A stretch of DNA of 64,000 nt from Bacteroidota bacterium (GTDB lineage Bacteria > Bacteroidota > Bacteroidia > Flavobacteriales > Weeksellaceae), in NCBI GenBank assembly GCA_023440705.1, contig JAEXRP010000077.1, positions 5,518 to 69,517 of the forward strand, given 5' to 3'. The first letter of the stretch is position 1. Every line of letters begins with the position of its first letter. Under the pieces are notes generated by a model, which searched no databases, was not told where the DNA came from, and saw only the letters and a program-made list of their open reading frames with translations. The position numbers and the translations under genes were made by a program. Positions 20,507 to 30,156 of this stretch are shown here, piece after piece.

Positions 20507-20592
20507 AATAATAAATTTTATTGATTTTAAAGTTATAAATATAAATGTTTTTATTTACGGAATGACTGTTAATCATTCCGTAAAAATAAAGT

Positions 20593-22065
20593 TTAATAAC
20601 CTGGAGCCTGTTTGATATTTGGATTATTTTGCATTTCACTTAACGGAATAGGCCAAATAAATCTTCTATCACCAGTAGGAATAACCGTTAATGGTTGACC
20701 TGTTGAGTTAGTTTGATACTTGCTAATGGTCATGTTGTTCCTCTTAAGATCAGAAAAACGAAGTCCCTCTAAGAAAAACTCATAAGCTTTCTGAGTAAGA
20801 ATCTCCTTCAACACTTCCGACCCACTAGTAACACTTGGTACATAAGCCGGGAATCGCTTGTCTTTAACCCATGTTGTAACGGTTTGAGAAGCTAAACTTG
20901 GATTACTGTGAAACTGCGCTTCAGCCTTAATAAAAATTGCTTCAGACTTTCTCAATTGTATCAAGTCTCTCGATCCTGACAAGTACTTTCTAACATCAAT
21001 AGGTTTAGGATTATCTGGATACTTGGTAGATTCTACAGTAGCATTAGTCATATACCAGCTATATGCTCTTACATCTCTGGTCGCAGGCGTTACTGTAACT
21101 CCTGGAGGGTTTGCAATGTTCCAAAAGGCACGCGCCATAAAGTTTTGGGTATAACGTGAGTTCGTCCCCCAATAATCTGTTAAGCCCTGTGGTGTAACAG
21201 AGTTAAACTCCAATTGAAAAATTGTCTCATCAGCTGATTCTTCTCCACTGTTAAAAAATTGAGAAGCAGCACCTCTTCCTAAGAAAGGAACGCTAACATC
21301 ATCAATAACTTTTTGAGCATAGTACTCAGCTTTGACATAATCTTTCTTGAATAGATAGGCTCTAGCAAGCAATAGTTCAACTGCTAATGGACTAAAAGAG
21401 TTCTTCTTAGAATAGATCTCTCCGATAATGTCATTAGCTTCAAAATAAGATAAAGTAGCTTCTAAATCTCCAATAACATTATCAATTACCTTACCTACAG
21501 ATTCACGAGGTAATTTAGCTTTGATATCATAAGTTGTTGGATAAGGTACACCAAGAGACTGATCTCCCTCTCCATAATTTGGAGAAAAATAAGTCAACAA
21601 AGCCATGTAGTTATAGGCTCTGATAATTTTGGCATGCGCAAATAACTCACCATTCTTATGAATTGCATTTTCGTCTTCAGGTATTTTACCATCAAAACCT
21701 AATACAAAGTTAGCATTTGCAATAGTATTATAGAAGGCATTCCACAAGCCTCCACCAGCACCACCTTCTACTTGAATATGCGTACCCCCATTAGTCCCTA
21801 CAAAATAGCCTGAATTAGATTGTGATACAAAACCTATATCACCCGTAAGTTCTTGATATGTAAAATGATCTCCTCCAAAACCACTTGTATTAGATAATTT
21901 TGAATACAGACCTTTTATCGATCTTTCTAAATCGGCATTATTCTTTAGGGCATTTTGATCCACTACTATTAAACCTGCTTCAGAATAATTTTCTTCGAAC
22001 ATGCTGTCTGAGCACGAAAATAATAAAGAGCCTAAAAATAATGATAATATAATTTTATTTTTCAT
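20593..22065 (-). CDS. RagB/SusD family nutrient-uptake outer-membrane lipoprotein
   Basis: Lipobox LFS-C; LLLARAYL, QLRKSEAIFIKAEA, EFFLEGLRFSDLKR, WPIPLSE...QAPGY. Confidence 0.93.
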   Translation of the reverse strand: MKNKIILSLFLGSLLFSCSDSMFEENYSEAGLIVVDQNALKNNADLERSIKGLYSKLSNTSGFGGDHFTYQELTGDIGFVSQSNSGYFVGTNGGTHIQVEGGAGGGLWNAFYNTIANANFVLGFDGKIPEDENAIHKNGELFAHAKIIRAYNYMALLTYFSPNYGEGDQSLGVPYPTTYDIKAKLPRESVGKVIDNVIGDLEATLSYFEANDIIGEIYSKKNSFSPLAVELLLARAYLFKKDYVKAEYYAQKVIDDVSVPFLGRGAASQFFNSGEESADETIFQLEFNSVTPQGLTDYWGTNSRYTQNFMARAFWNIANPPGVTVTPATRDVRAYSWYMTNATVESTKYPDNPKPIDVRKYLSGSRDLIQLRKSEAIFIKAEAQFHSNPSLASQTVTTWVKDKRFPAYVPSVTSGSEVLKEILTQKAYEFFLEGLRFSDLKRNNMTISKYQTNSTGQPLTVIPTGDRRFIWPIPLSEMQNNPNIKQAPGY

Positions 22066-22087
22066 TGTAATTGTTGTTAGAATTTAA

Positions 22088-24928
22088 TTAGAAATCAATC
22101 GTTGCACCTACCATAAATTGTCTCATTAATGGCATTGTTTGATCATATAATCCCATACCACCTATAGTCCCCATATGGTTACTGTTAGATTCTGGATCGA
22201 AAGGTAGATTTTTGTCAAATGCAAATGTCAATAAGTTAACACCTCTAACATACATGTAGACATTATTAATACCGTCAATCTTTAATTGATCTTTATTTAA
22301 TTTATATCCTAATTCAGCACTTTTCAATTTGATATTATCTCCTTTATACAAATATCGTGTTGAGTGATATTTTTCCACTGTATTACCAGCTCTAAATTGA
22401 GGTCTTGTGGCTCCCGTATTAGTGGGCGTCCAAGCATTAAGAACATCAGCGACTTGATTATCTTTAACACCTTGCCCATCATTATCCATGTATCTTCCCC
22501 ATAGATCGTACACATAGAAATCCCCTTGATAAGTTAATAAGAAACTTAAGGTAAAGTTCTTATAACTAAACGAGTTTGTTAATCCGGCTGTATGCGCTGG
22601 TAAAGCATTCTTCCCTGTAAAATCTCTAAGAATAGAAGCACTAGTACCAGAACCATTACTTAAAGTAGTATGTGTAGCGTTTGTATACCATTGTGCGTCT
22701 CCATTTGCACTATTAACACCAGCATAATGAGCTAAGAACCATTCTGTAGGATTGTGTCCTACCATAAAGCGTTTAAATCCATCAACGCCAACATATGGTC
22801 CTAAAATTTTAGTAACAACAGACTTATTATATCCGTAGTTAGCATTAATAGACCAACTAAAATCACCTTTTCTAAAAACATCATAAGAGATTGTCGACTC
22901 GATCCCTTTAGACTCATGTTCAAGTGCATTACCTACAAGATTAGCAAAACCTGTTGATGGCGCGTTAGGAACCTGAGTTGTTAACTGATCTAAAACAATA
23001 TTCTTATAAACATCAAATGATAACTTAAGTCTATTTTGAACAAAGCCTAAATCTAAACCTATATTATATTTTTTTGAAGTTTCCCAACCTAACTCTGTAT
23101 TTCCAGGATTATTAATCGCCATACCGTTCTCAAGCATATATGTAGCCACTCCGAGAGTTGGTTTGCTTAGGTATTGAATGTTTCCTATATTACCCACTTC
23201 ACCATAACTAGCACGTACTTTCAACTCATTGAAATAATTTCCAATATTTCCAAACTTATGAAGGTTTACGTTGGCACCAGTTGCCCAGAAGTTTCCTTCT
23301 TTTCTATCAGCACCAAAGTGAGAATATTTATCTCTTCTAAAAGACCCCATCAAATTGAATAAATCTTTGTACCCATAAGAAGCACGACCAATTAAACCTA
23401 TCAAGTGACTTGATTCGTTGTATGACCAAGCCATGTAAGGTGTTGGTCCCCATTGTAGATTATTCTGTTCATAGTGACCACTATCGAAGCCTGTAGATGC
23501 TGCTTGCGACCGCTTTGTCCACAGCTGTGTATATTCAGTTCCTGCTGAGAGATTGATCTTATGATCGTCATTAATTGTCCAATCATAGTGCAAGAAGTTA
23601 GACCAGTTCAAAGTCGTATAAGCGAAGTCACTTTGTAGAGCAAGTCCTATGATACCTTGAGTAGGATTATTACCATCTCCAAAATCTGGATTACGATATT
23701 CCGACTCATCATAATAGTTATAATCCATACCCAAATTCGTCGAAAATCTCAAATTAGGCAAAATACTATAATCTAAACCAAATGAAGAAAGGATTTTAGT
23801 AACCGCTGATTTTCTTTTGTTGATATTTTGAATTGCTACTGGGTTAAAGTCTTCTCCTGCAGAAGTTACAATATTAAAATTATATGTTCCATCTGCATTA
23901 TAGATCGGGCTAGTTGGTGACGCGAATCTTGAACTTAATACAGGGTTTGCAAAATACCCATAATCTAAAGGTCCCCATTGTGTTCCTCTAGAAACTATGT
24001 TTGAAAACGCCACATTAATCTTATCAGATAACTTAGCATTAAGCTTTACCGTTGCGTTGATTCTTCTATACAATGCATCACGGATAATACCTTCTTGTTC
24101 TGTTGAACCGATAGATGCATATCCTTTTATCTTTTCGTTACCAAAGGAATAATTTAAACCATACTTATACAATCCTGTCGAAGATCTCCTAGTTGCCTTC
24201 TGCCAGTCAGTATCAGTTTTACCATCCCAACCAAGAATCCCTTGAGCACTAGCAGTTGCTTTTTCAAGACTTTCACCATTACTCATATACCCCATAATAA
24301 GAGCCTGCTTTTGCTGTGCTGCATTGAGAAGCGTATACTTTTCGTATGCAACACCACCTACACCATACTCCATATTAAGCGTTAATTTACCTCTACCTCC
24401 TTTACCAGATTTAGTTTTGATAATGATAACCCCTGAAGCTCCTCTTGAACCATATAACGATGTCGTTGCCCCATCTTTAAGGACTTCAACTGATTCGATA
24501 TCAGAAGGATCAATCAAAGACAATCCATTAGAAGAAGTAGCTACACCAGCCTGATCACCTACCGTAACAGGCACCCCATCAATAATATAAAGAGGTTGGT
24601 TATCACCTGTCAAACTGCTAATACCTCGAATAAGGACTTTAGCATTTGACCCAGGCTGTCCACTGTTTGAACTAATAACGGCTCCAGAAACCTGTCCAGC
24701 AATAGCTAAGTCCACAGAGATTGCAACTGGCTTTTCCAATGCCTTTGCAGAAACCAAAGAGTACGAGCCTACCTTCTGCTCTTGTGTTTCTTTGATACCA
24801 TAAGTTCCCAAAATGACTACTTCCTCAATAGCATTAGTAACCGTATCGGATTTCTTTTTTTGTGCTAGCATTGAGGCTCCCATAAAGAAAATTGCCCCAG
24901 CGCTTAAAACTCGTAGTTTTACGTTCAT
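22088..24928 (-). CDS. SusC/RagA family TonB-dependent outer-membrane transporter
   Basis: IEEVVILG, IRGISSL, QPLYIIDG, DPSDIESVEVLKD, YGSRGASGVIIIKTKSG, LGWETS; C-terminal Phe. Confidence 0.96.
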   Translation of the reverse strand: MNVKLRVLSAGAIFFMGASMLAQKKKSDTVTNAIEEVVILGTYGIKETQEQKVGSYSLVSAKALEKPVAISVDLAIAGQVSGAVISSNSGQPGSNAKVLIRGISSLTGDNQPLYIIDGVPVTVGDQAGVATSSNGLSLIDPSDIESVEVLKDGATTSLYGSRGASGVIIIKTKSGKGGRGKLTLNMEYGVGGVAYEKYTLLNAAQQKQALIMGYMSNGESLEKATASAQGILGWDGKTDTDWQKATRRSSTGLYKYGLNYSFGNEKIKGYASIGSTEQEGIIRDALYRRINATVKLNAKLSDKINVAFSNIVSRGTQWGPLDYGYFANPVLSSRFASPTSPIYNADGTYNFNIVTSAGEDFNPVAIQNINKRKSAVTKILSSFGLDYSILPNLRFSTNLGMDYNYYDESEYRNPDFGDGNNPTQGIIGLALQSDFAYTTLNWSNFLHYDWTINDDHKINLSAGTEYTQLWTKRSQAASTGFDSGHYEQNNLQWGPTPYMAWSYNESSHLIGLIGRASYGYKDLFNLMGSFRRDKYSHFGADRKEGNFWATGANVNLHKFGNIGNYFNELKVRASYGEVGNIGNIQYLSKPTLGVATYMLENGMAINNPGNTELGWETSKKYNIGLDLGFVQNRLKLSFDVYKNIVLDQLTTQVPNAPSTGFANLVGNALEHESKGIESTISYDVFRKGDFSWSINANYGYNKSVVTKILGPYVGVDGFKRFMVGHNPTEWFLAHYAGVNSANGDAQWYTNATHTTLSNGSGTSASILRDFTGKNALPAHTAGLTNSFSYKNFTLSFLLTYQGDFYVYDLWGRYMDNDGQGVKDNQVADVLNAWTPTNTGATRPQFRAGNTVEKYHSTRYLYKGDNIKLKSAELGYKLNKDQLKIDGINNVYMYVRGVNLLTFAFDKNLPFDPESNSNHMGTIGGMGLYDQTMPLMRQFMVGATIDF

Positions 24929-24956
24929 ATTAACACTAATTTGATATTATAGTTTA

Positions 24957-24988
24957 CAAATATGTTAATTTTTTCCTAATACACCAAA
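24957..24988 (-). promoter_or_regulatory. Promoter of SusC (22088-24928): -33 TTTG, 20-nt spacer, -7 CATATTTG
   Basis: Same elements at the same offsets (29 and 57 nt from ATG) as for the other SusC. Confidence 0.65.
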
Positions 24989-25007
24989 TTAAATTTAAAA
25001 ATCCCTT

Positions 25008-25057
25008 AAAACTTTAACATTTAAGTACAAAAATAATAGATTATAAGTTAAAGTTTT
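25008..25057. repeat. 11-bp perfect inverted repeat (AAAACTTTAAC/GTTAAAGTTTT) enclosing a TAnnTTTG box
   Basis: Arms 25008-25018 and 25047-25057; inner 28 nt contain minus-strand TATTTTTG (25028-25035). Confidence 0.6.
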
Positions 25058-25096
25058 GACACATTATTCTTAAATCAAACAGTTGTTTATCAAAAC

Positions 25097-25126
25097 AAAA
25101 AAAAGCCACTGAGAGTCCTCAGTGGC
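25097..25126 (-). terminator. Intrinsic terminator of rimP-nusA-infB
   Basis: GCCACTGAG-agtc-CTCAGTGGC hairpin followed on the minus strand by T8. Confidence 0.88.
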
Positions 25127-25150
25127 ATATTATTCAATACATAATATTGA

Positions 25151-28084
25151 TTATTTCAGTTTCTTCTTAACTGCTACTTCTTCGTAGACTTCTAAGATGT
25201 CACCAACCTCAATATCATTATAACCTTTTAAGTTAAGACCACATTCGTAGCCTTTAGTTACTTCTTTAACATCGTCTTTGAAACGTTTTAAGCTTTCTAA
25301 CTCTCCATCAAATTTCACGATACCATCACGAAGCAATCTGATTTTCGAATTTCTAGTTACTTTACCAGTTAATACCATACAACCTGCAATCGTACCAACT
25401 TTAGAAATTTTGAACACCTCACGGATTTCTACATTACCAATAACTTGTTCTTTAATTTCTGGTGAAAGCATACCTTCCATCGCTTCTTTAACCTCATCAA
25501 TAGCAGCGTAGATAATCGAATAAGTTCTGATTTCAACCTCTTCTTTATCTGCGATATCTTTAGCATTAACACTTGCTCTAACGTTGAATCCAATAACAAT
25601 AGCATCAGACGCCGCTGCTAATAGAATATCACTTTCTGTGATTTGACCAACTCCAGAGTGTAAGATATTAACTTGGATTTCTTCAGTTGACAATTGTTGT
25701 AACTGATCTGATAAAGCTTCTACCGAACCATCCACGTCACCTTTAAGGATAATGTTAAGCTCTTTAAACTCACCAAGTGCAATACGTCTACCGATTTCAT
25801 CCAAAGTAAGATGTTTTTTCGTACGTAAAGTTTGCTCTCTTTGTAACTGCTCTCTCTTCGTAGCAATAGTTTTTGCTTCTTTTTCGTCAGCGTAAATTCT
25901 AAATTTATCACCTGCCGTTGGCGCACCATCTAAACCTAAAATAGTTACAGGAATTGACGGACCAGCAGCCTGCATAGGTTTTCCTCTTTCATCAAGCATT
26001 GCTTTAACCTTACCGTGATTTTTACCAGCAAGAATATAGTCACCAACTTTAAGAGTACCATTCTGAACCAATATCGTAGAAACATAACCTCTACCTTTAT
26101 CTAGAGCTGCTTCGATAACAACACCATTAGCTGCACGATCTGGATTAGCTTTTAATTCAAGCATTTCTGCCTGTAGTAAAACTTTTTCCAACAATGCATC
26201 TACATTGTTACCAAACTTCGCAGAAATCTCTTGAGACTGGATGTTACCACCCCATTCTTCTACCAAGATATTCATACCTGATAATTGTTGACGAATGTTA
26301 TCTGGATTAGCATTTGGTTTATCAACTTTGTTAAGTGCGATAATCATTGGTACTCCAGCCGCTTGTGCGTGAGCAATAGCTTCTTTAGTTTGTGGCATCA
26401 CATCGTCGTCCGCTGCAATTACGATAATTACAATATCGGTAACCTGTGCACCACGCGCTCTCATCGCTGTAAAGGCCTCGTGACCTGGCGTATCTAAGAA
26501 TGTAATACGTTGTCCACCTTCTAGCTTAACATTGTAAGCACCGATGTGCTGTGTAATACCTCCAGATTCTCCCGCAATAACATTTGCTTTACGGATGTAA
26601 TCCAATAGTGAAGTTTTACCATGGTCAACGTGTCCCATTACGGTTACAATTGGTGCTCTAGCAATAAGATCTTCTTCGGCATCTGGCGTTTCCTCTTCCA
26701 AGTTTTCTTCCAAGTCAGCATCAGAGAATTCAATTTTATAACCGAATTCATCAGCAACCAATGTTAAAGTATCCGCTTCTAGACGTTGGTTCATCGTTAC
26801 CATAACACCTAGTGAGAAACAAGCAGAGATAACCTCAGTCGGGCTAACATTCATTAAACTTGCTAACTCATTAACAGTAATAAATTCTGTTACTTTAAGT
26901 GTTGTATCTTGAGCATCACGTTCTTGTTGAAGTTCGTCTTGCTCTCTTCTCCAGTTACGTTTATCTTTTCTGTGTTTAGCGCCTTTATTTTTACCGCCTT
27001 TATTGGTCAGCTTTTCTAAAGTCTCTTTAATTTGATTTTTAACTTGCTCATCCGTTAACTCAACTGGCATAACTCTTTGACCGCCGCCACGGTTGTTACC
27101 ACCACGGTTATTCCCACCGCGATTACCACCTTGGTTATTACCCCCTGGACGATTTCCGCCTTGGTTGTTACCACCTTGACCGCCGCGATTGTTGTTATTA
27201 CCGAAACGGTTACCACCTTGACCTTGGTTATTATTACCTCCGCCTTGGTTGTTATTATTGTTACCGCCTTGTTGGTTATTGTTAGCTCCTGGTTGTCCAG
27301 GTTTTTCTATACGTTTTCTTTTCTTCTTAGCAGCATTAGGACCACCAGCATTTGAAGATTTTGGTTTTGGAGCAAATTGAGATAAGTCAACCGTTTGCTT
27401 AAGGATTTTAGGTCCATCAAGTTTTTGATAAACTGTTTCAATTTTTTGAGGCTCGCTATCTTCTGTTGTTTCAGTTGGTTTGTTATCTACAACCTCTTCT
27501 TTAGGAGCAACCGGTTTTTCTTCAACTTTAGGCGTTTCGGCAACTACTTTTGGTGTTTCCACTTTCTTAGGTCCTTCTGGCTTTTCAGTTTTAGGTTCTG
27601 GTTTTTCCTTTTTTGCAGGTCGATTTCTGTTTTCTAACTGAGACAGATCAATCTTATCTAAGACTTTGAATTCTTGTTTAGAATCTTCCTTCTTAACTTC
27701 TTCAGCTTTTGGTTGTTCTACCACAGGCTCAGCTTTAACCTCGCTAGCAGGCTCTTCCACAACTGGTTTGTTAGAATCAAGATCAATCTTACCTAAAATT
27801 TTAGTTTCAGGTTTTAGGTTTGCTTTGGCTCTTATAACCTCAGGCGCTTTTTCTTCGATTTCCAGTTTTTCTTCCGGAACTTTAGAAATCACAACCTCAT
27901 GAGAAGCTTTACGTTGTTCTCCATCTTTTTTGAACTCAGCTTCTAATGCAGAATATGCCGCTTCTTCTAGTTGAGCGTTAGGGTTACTCTCTACTTCGAA
28001 GCCTTTAGATTGTAGAAATTCTACCATCCTTCCCATCGAAATATTAAATTCCTTAACTGCTTTATTTAATCTAATTTTTGGCAT
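25151..28084 (-). CDS. infB: Translation initiation factor IF-2
   Basis: [50 protein letters not shown]...ECG. Confidence 0.99.
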   Translation of the reverse strand: MPKIRLNKAVKEFNISMGRMVEFLQSKGFEVESNPNAQLEEAAYSALEAEFKKDGEQRKASHEVVISKVPEEKLEIEEKAPEVIRAKANLKPETKILGKIDLDSNKPVVEEPASEVKAEPVVEQPKAEEVKKEDSKQEFKVLDKIDLSQLENRNRPAKKEKPEPKTEKPEGPKKVETPKVVAETPKVEEKPVAPKEEVVDNKPTETTEDSEPQKIETVYQKLDGPKILKQTVDLSQFAPKPKSSNAGGPNAAKKKRKRIEKPGQPGANNNQQGGNNNNNQGGGNNNQGQGGNRFGNNNNRGGQGGNNQGGNRPGGNNQGGNRGGNNRGGNNRGGGQRVMPVELTDEQVKNQIKETLEKLTNKGGKNKGAKHRKDKRNWRREQDELQQERDAQDTTLKVTEFITVNELASLMNVSPTEVISACFSLGVMVTMNQRLEADTLTLVADEFGYKIEFSDADLEENLEEETPDAEEDLIARAPIVTVMGHVDHGKTSLLDYIRKANVIAGESGGITQHIGAYNVKLEGGQRITFLDTPGHEAFTAMRARGAQVTDIVIIVIAADDDVMPQTKEAIAHAQAAGVPMIIALNKVDKPNANPDNIRQQLSGMNILVEEWGGNIQSQEISAKFGNNVDALLEKVLLQAEMLELKANPDRAANGVVIEAALDKGRGYVSTILVQNGTLKVGDYILAGKNHGKVKAMLDERGKPMQAAGPSIPVTILGLDGAPTAGDKFRIYADEKEAKTIATKREQLQREQTLRTKKHLTLDEIGRRIALGEFKELNIILKGDVDGSVEALSDQLQQLSTEEIQVNILHSGVGQITESDILLAAASDAIVIGFNVRASVNAKDIADKEEVEIRTYSIIYAAIDEVKEAMEGMLSPEIKEQVIGNVEIREVFKISKVGTIAGCMVLTGKVTRNSKIRLLRDGIVKFDGELESLKRFKDDVKEVTKGYECGLNLKGYNDIEVGDILEVYEEVAVKKKLK
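27078..27300 (-). repeat. Low-complexity GGNN/GGNR coding repeat within infB
   Basis: Encodes ...[69 protein letters not shown]. Confidence 0.85.
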
Positions 28085-28161
28085 TTATAAATGTTCTGTT
28101 TTTAATTTTTAAAATTAAAGTATTTTCTTTTTACTGTTTATTAGAGATTGTAACAACTCGC

Positions 28162-29397
28162 TTAGTCTTCTAATTCTTCTCTAAGAATATTTTTAACCTC
28201 TTCGATTGTTTCTTCTTCTAAGTCAACCAAGTTAAGCAATGCTTCTGTATCTTTATCTAATACACTTCTAGCAGTTTCTAGACCAACTTTTTTGAACTCT
28301 TCAATAATCCAAGATTCGATTTCGTCGCTAAACTCTTTTAGTTCAACATCGTCATCTTCTTGTTTCTCTCTATAAACATCGATTTCGTATTCTGTTAACC
28401 AAGACGCCAACTTAATGTTTTGACCTTGTTTACCAATAACTTTCGAAATCTCCTCAATAGGCGTGTAGACCATTGCATAGTTATGCTCTTCGTCTACTTC
28501 TACCTTATTAATAATGATATTACCTAATGCTCTTTTCACCAAAATCTCTGGATTCTTAGACCATTGGATAACGTCAATATTTTCGTTTCTCAACTCTCTT
28601 ACAACACCATGAATTCTAGATCCTTTAACACCCACACAAGCACCAACTGGATCAATTCTGTCATCGTAAGCATCTACAGCGATTTTCGCTTTCTCTCCTG
28701 GTATTCTTACAACCTTTTTAAGGATAATTGTACCATCTTGAATTTCTGGAATCTCCAACTCTAACAATTGCTCTAAAAACTTCGGTGAAGTTCTCGAAAT
28801 CATAATCTGAGGCTTAGATCCACGGAAGTCAACACTTTCTACAATCGCTCTTACATTATCTCCTTTTTTGAAGAAGTCTGAAGGGATTTGATTTTCTTTA
28901 GGCAAGATAAATTCGTTACCCTCATCATCCAACATAATAACATGCTTATGACGAATATGGTGAACTTCTCCTACAACTAACTGTCCAATTCTATCACGGA
29001 ATTGCTCATACAAAGCCGCATTAAAGTGCTCTTGTATTTTAGTTGCAAGAATTTGCTTAAGTGTAAGAATGTTTCTACGTCCCAATTTAGCAACTGGAAT
29101 TTCTTGTGTATATTCTTCACCAACTTCAAACGTAGAGTCGATTTTTCTAACTTCAGAGATTTCGATTTCTAAATCATCGTCTTCCGACATTTCGTCTTCA
29201 ACAATAACCTTGTTTAAGAAAATCTGAAAATCCCCTTTGTCAGGGTTAACAATAACATCAAAATGATCATCAGAATCATATCTTTTTCTCAAAAGTGTCT
29301 TAAGAGAATCTTCAATGATCGCCATTAGGTCAATTTTGCTTATATTCTTTACTTCTTTAAAATCGCCAAAAGCTTCAATTAAAGCTAAATTATCCAT
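28162..29397 (-). CDS. nusA: Transcription termination/antitermination factor NusA
   Basis: S1/KH architecture; EIPEIQDG, RIPGEKAKIAV, DPVGACVGVKGSRI, IGKQGQNIKLAS. Confidence 0.98.
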   Translation of the reverse strand: MDNLALIEAFGDFKEVKNISKIDLMAIIEDSLKTLLRKRYDSDDHFDVIVNPDKGDFQIFLNKVIVEDEMSEDDDLEIEISEVRKIDSTFEVGEEYTQEIPVAKLGRRNILTLKQILATKIQEHFNAALYEQFRDRIGQLVVGEVHHIRHKHVIMLDDEGNEFILPKENQIPSDFFKKGDNVRAIVESVDFRGSKPQIMISRTSPKFLEQLLELEIPEIQDGTIILKKVVRIPGEKAKIAVDAYDDRIDPVGACVGVKGSRIHGVVRELRNENIDVIQWSKNPEILVKRALGNIIINKVEVDEEHNYAMVYTPIEEISKVIGKQGQNIKLASWLTEYEIDVYREKQEDDDVELKEFSDEIESWIIEEFKKVGLETARSVLDKDTEALLNLVDLEEETIEEVKNILREELED

Positions 29398-29414
29398 TGA
29401 TTATATTTTTCTTA

Positions 29415-29882
29415 TTAAAATTTAATTACCACCAACGCCTTTTTAATCTCATCAAGACGTATTACTTTTTCTTCTTCGACATCCTCCTTACCTTTTCCGA
29501 TAAGTTTTGGACGACGATATCTCAACAAAAGAGTGATCGACTCTTCATCTACAGACACCAACTCTCCTTCAATCTTTTCACCAGAAGTCAAAACAACATC
29601 CAGTTCTCTACCAATATTTTTTTGATATTGACGATTAAGAGCTAAAGGCTCTGATAAACCATAAGACATAACCTGCAAAGCAAAATCATGTTCTTCACGA
29701 TCCATATTAAACTCTATAGCACGACTTGCATCTAGACAATCTTGTAAAGTTACGCCATTATCCCCATCCAAAGTCACTGTAATCTGGTCATCTGCAGAAA
29801 TCTTAAGATCAACCAAAAACAAATCTTTTCTTTCTTCTAAAAAAGAAGCCAACAAAGCTTCAACTTGCTCTTTAAAACTCAT
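29415..29882 (-). CDS. rimP: Ribosome maturation factor RimP
   Basis: GVTLQDCLDASRAIE, LQVMSYGLSEPL, QYQKNIGREL; first gene of rimP-nusA-infB. Confidence 0.95.
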   Translation of the reverse strand: MSFKEQVEALLASFLEERKDLFLVDLKISADDQITVTLDGDNGVTLQDCLDASRAIEFNMDREEHDFALQVMSYGLSEPLALNRQYQKNIGRELDVVLTSGEKIEGELVSVDEESITLLLRYRRPKLIGKGKEDVEEEKVIRLDEIKKALVVIKF

Positions 29883-29900
29883 ACTTTTCCCTGAATTACG

Positions 29901-29950
29901 TTTACGAAAAAAGGCATTCTCTCGAAGGCCTTTTCATTCTGTTCCGTAAA
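29901..29950 (-). promoter_or_regulatory. rimP leader hairpin (putative attenuator)
   Basis: Minus strand AAAAGGC-C-TTC-GAGA-GAA-T-GCCTTTTTT: stem with GNRA loop and U-tract between promoter and rimP start. Confidence 0.6.
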
Positions 29951-29957
29951 TCTTTTG

Positions 29958-29989
29958 CAAATATAGCTACTTTTTTCAAAAAATCCAAA
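29958..29989 (-). promoter_or_regulatory. Promoter of rimP-nusA-infB: -33 TTTG, 20 nt, -7 TATATTTG
   Basis: Perfect Bacteroidota consensus and spacing. Confidence 0.8.
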
Positions 29990-30125
29990 TTATATTGAAT
30001 TTTAAGACTTTACGCCCTCTATTTTGGAAATTTAAATTTAATATTATTTATAAAAAAAAGTATCATTTCTTCCAACATTAATAAAAAGCAAAATCTACAT
30101 TATACTATAATATGTTAAAATAATT

Positions 30126-30133
30126 TATCTTTG
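30126..30133 (+). promoter_or_regulatory. -7 box (TATCTTTG) at head of glycan locus
   Basis: TAnnTTTG 23 nt upstream of the ugd TTG start. Confidence 0.6.
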
Positions 30134-30156
30134 TATAAAATTTAAAAACTCAAATC

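Noticed and set aside
27077..27902. Plus-strand ORFs rich in T/V/I or F/S opposite infB
   Set aside because: Antisense shadows of the low-complexity and Lys/Glu-rich parts of IF-2
29990..30156. Invertible promoter or ops/UpxY-type control at the head of the glycan locus
   Set aside because: No convincing inverted-repeat pair by eye, the leader is very short and no UpxY/NusG paralogue is in the window
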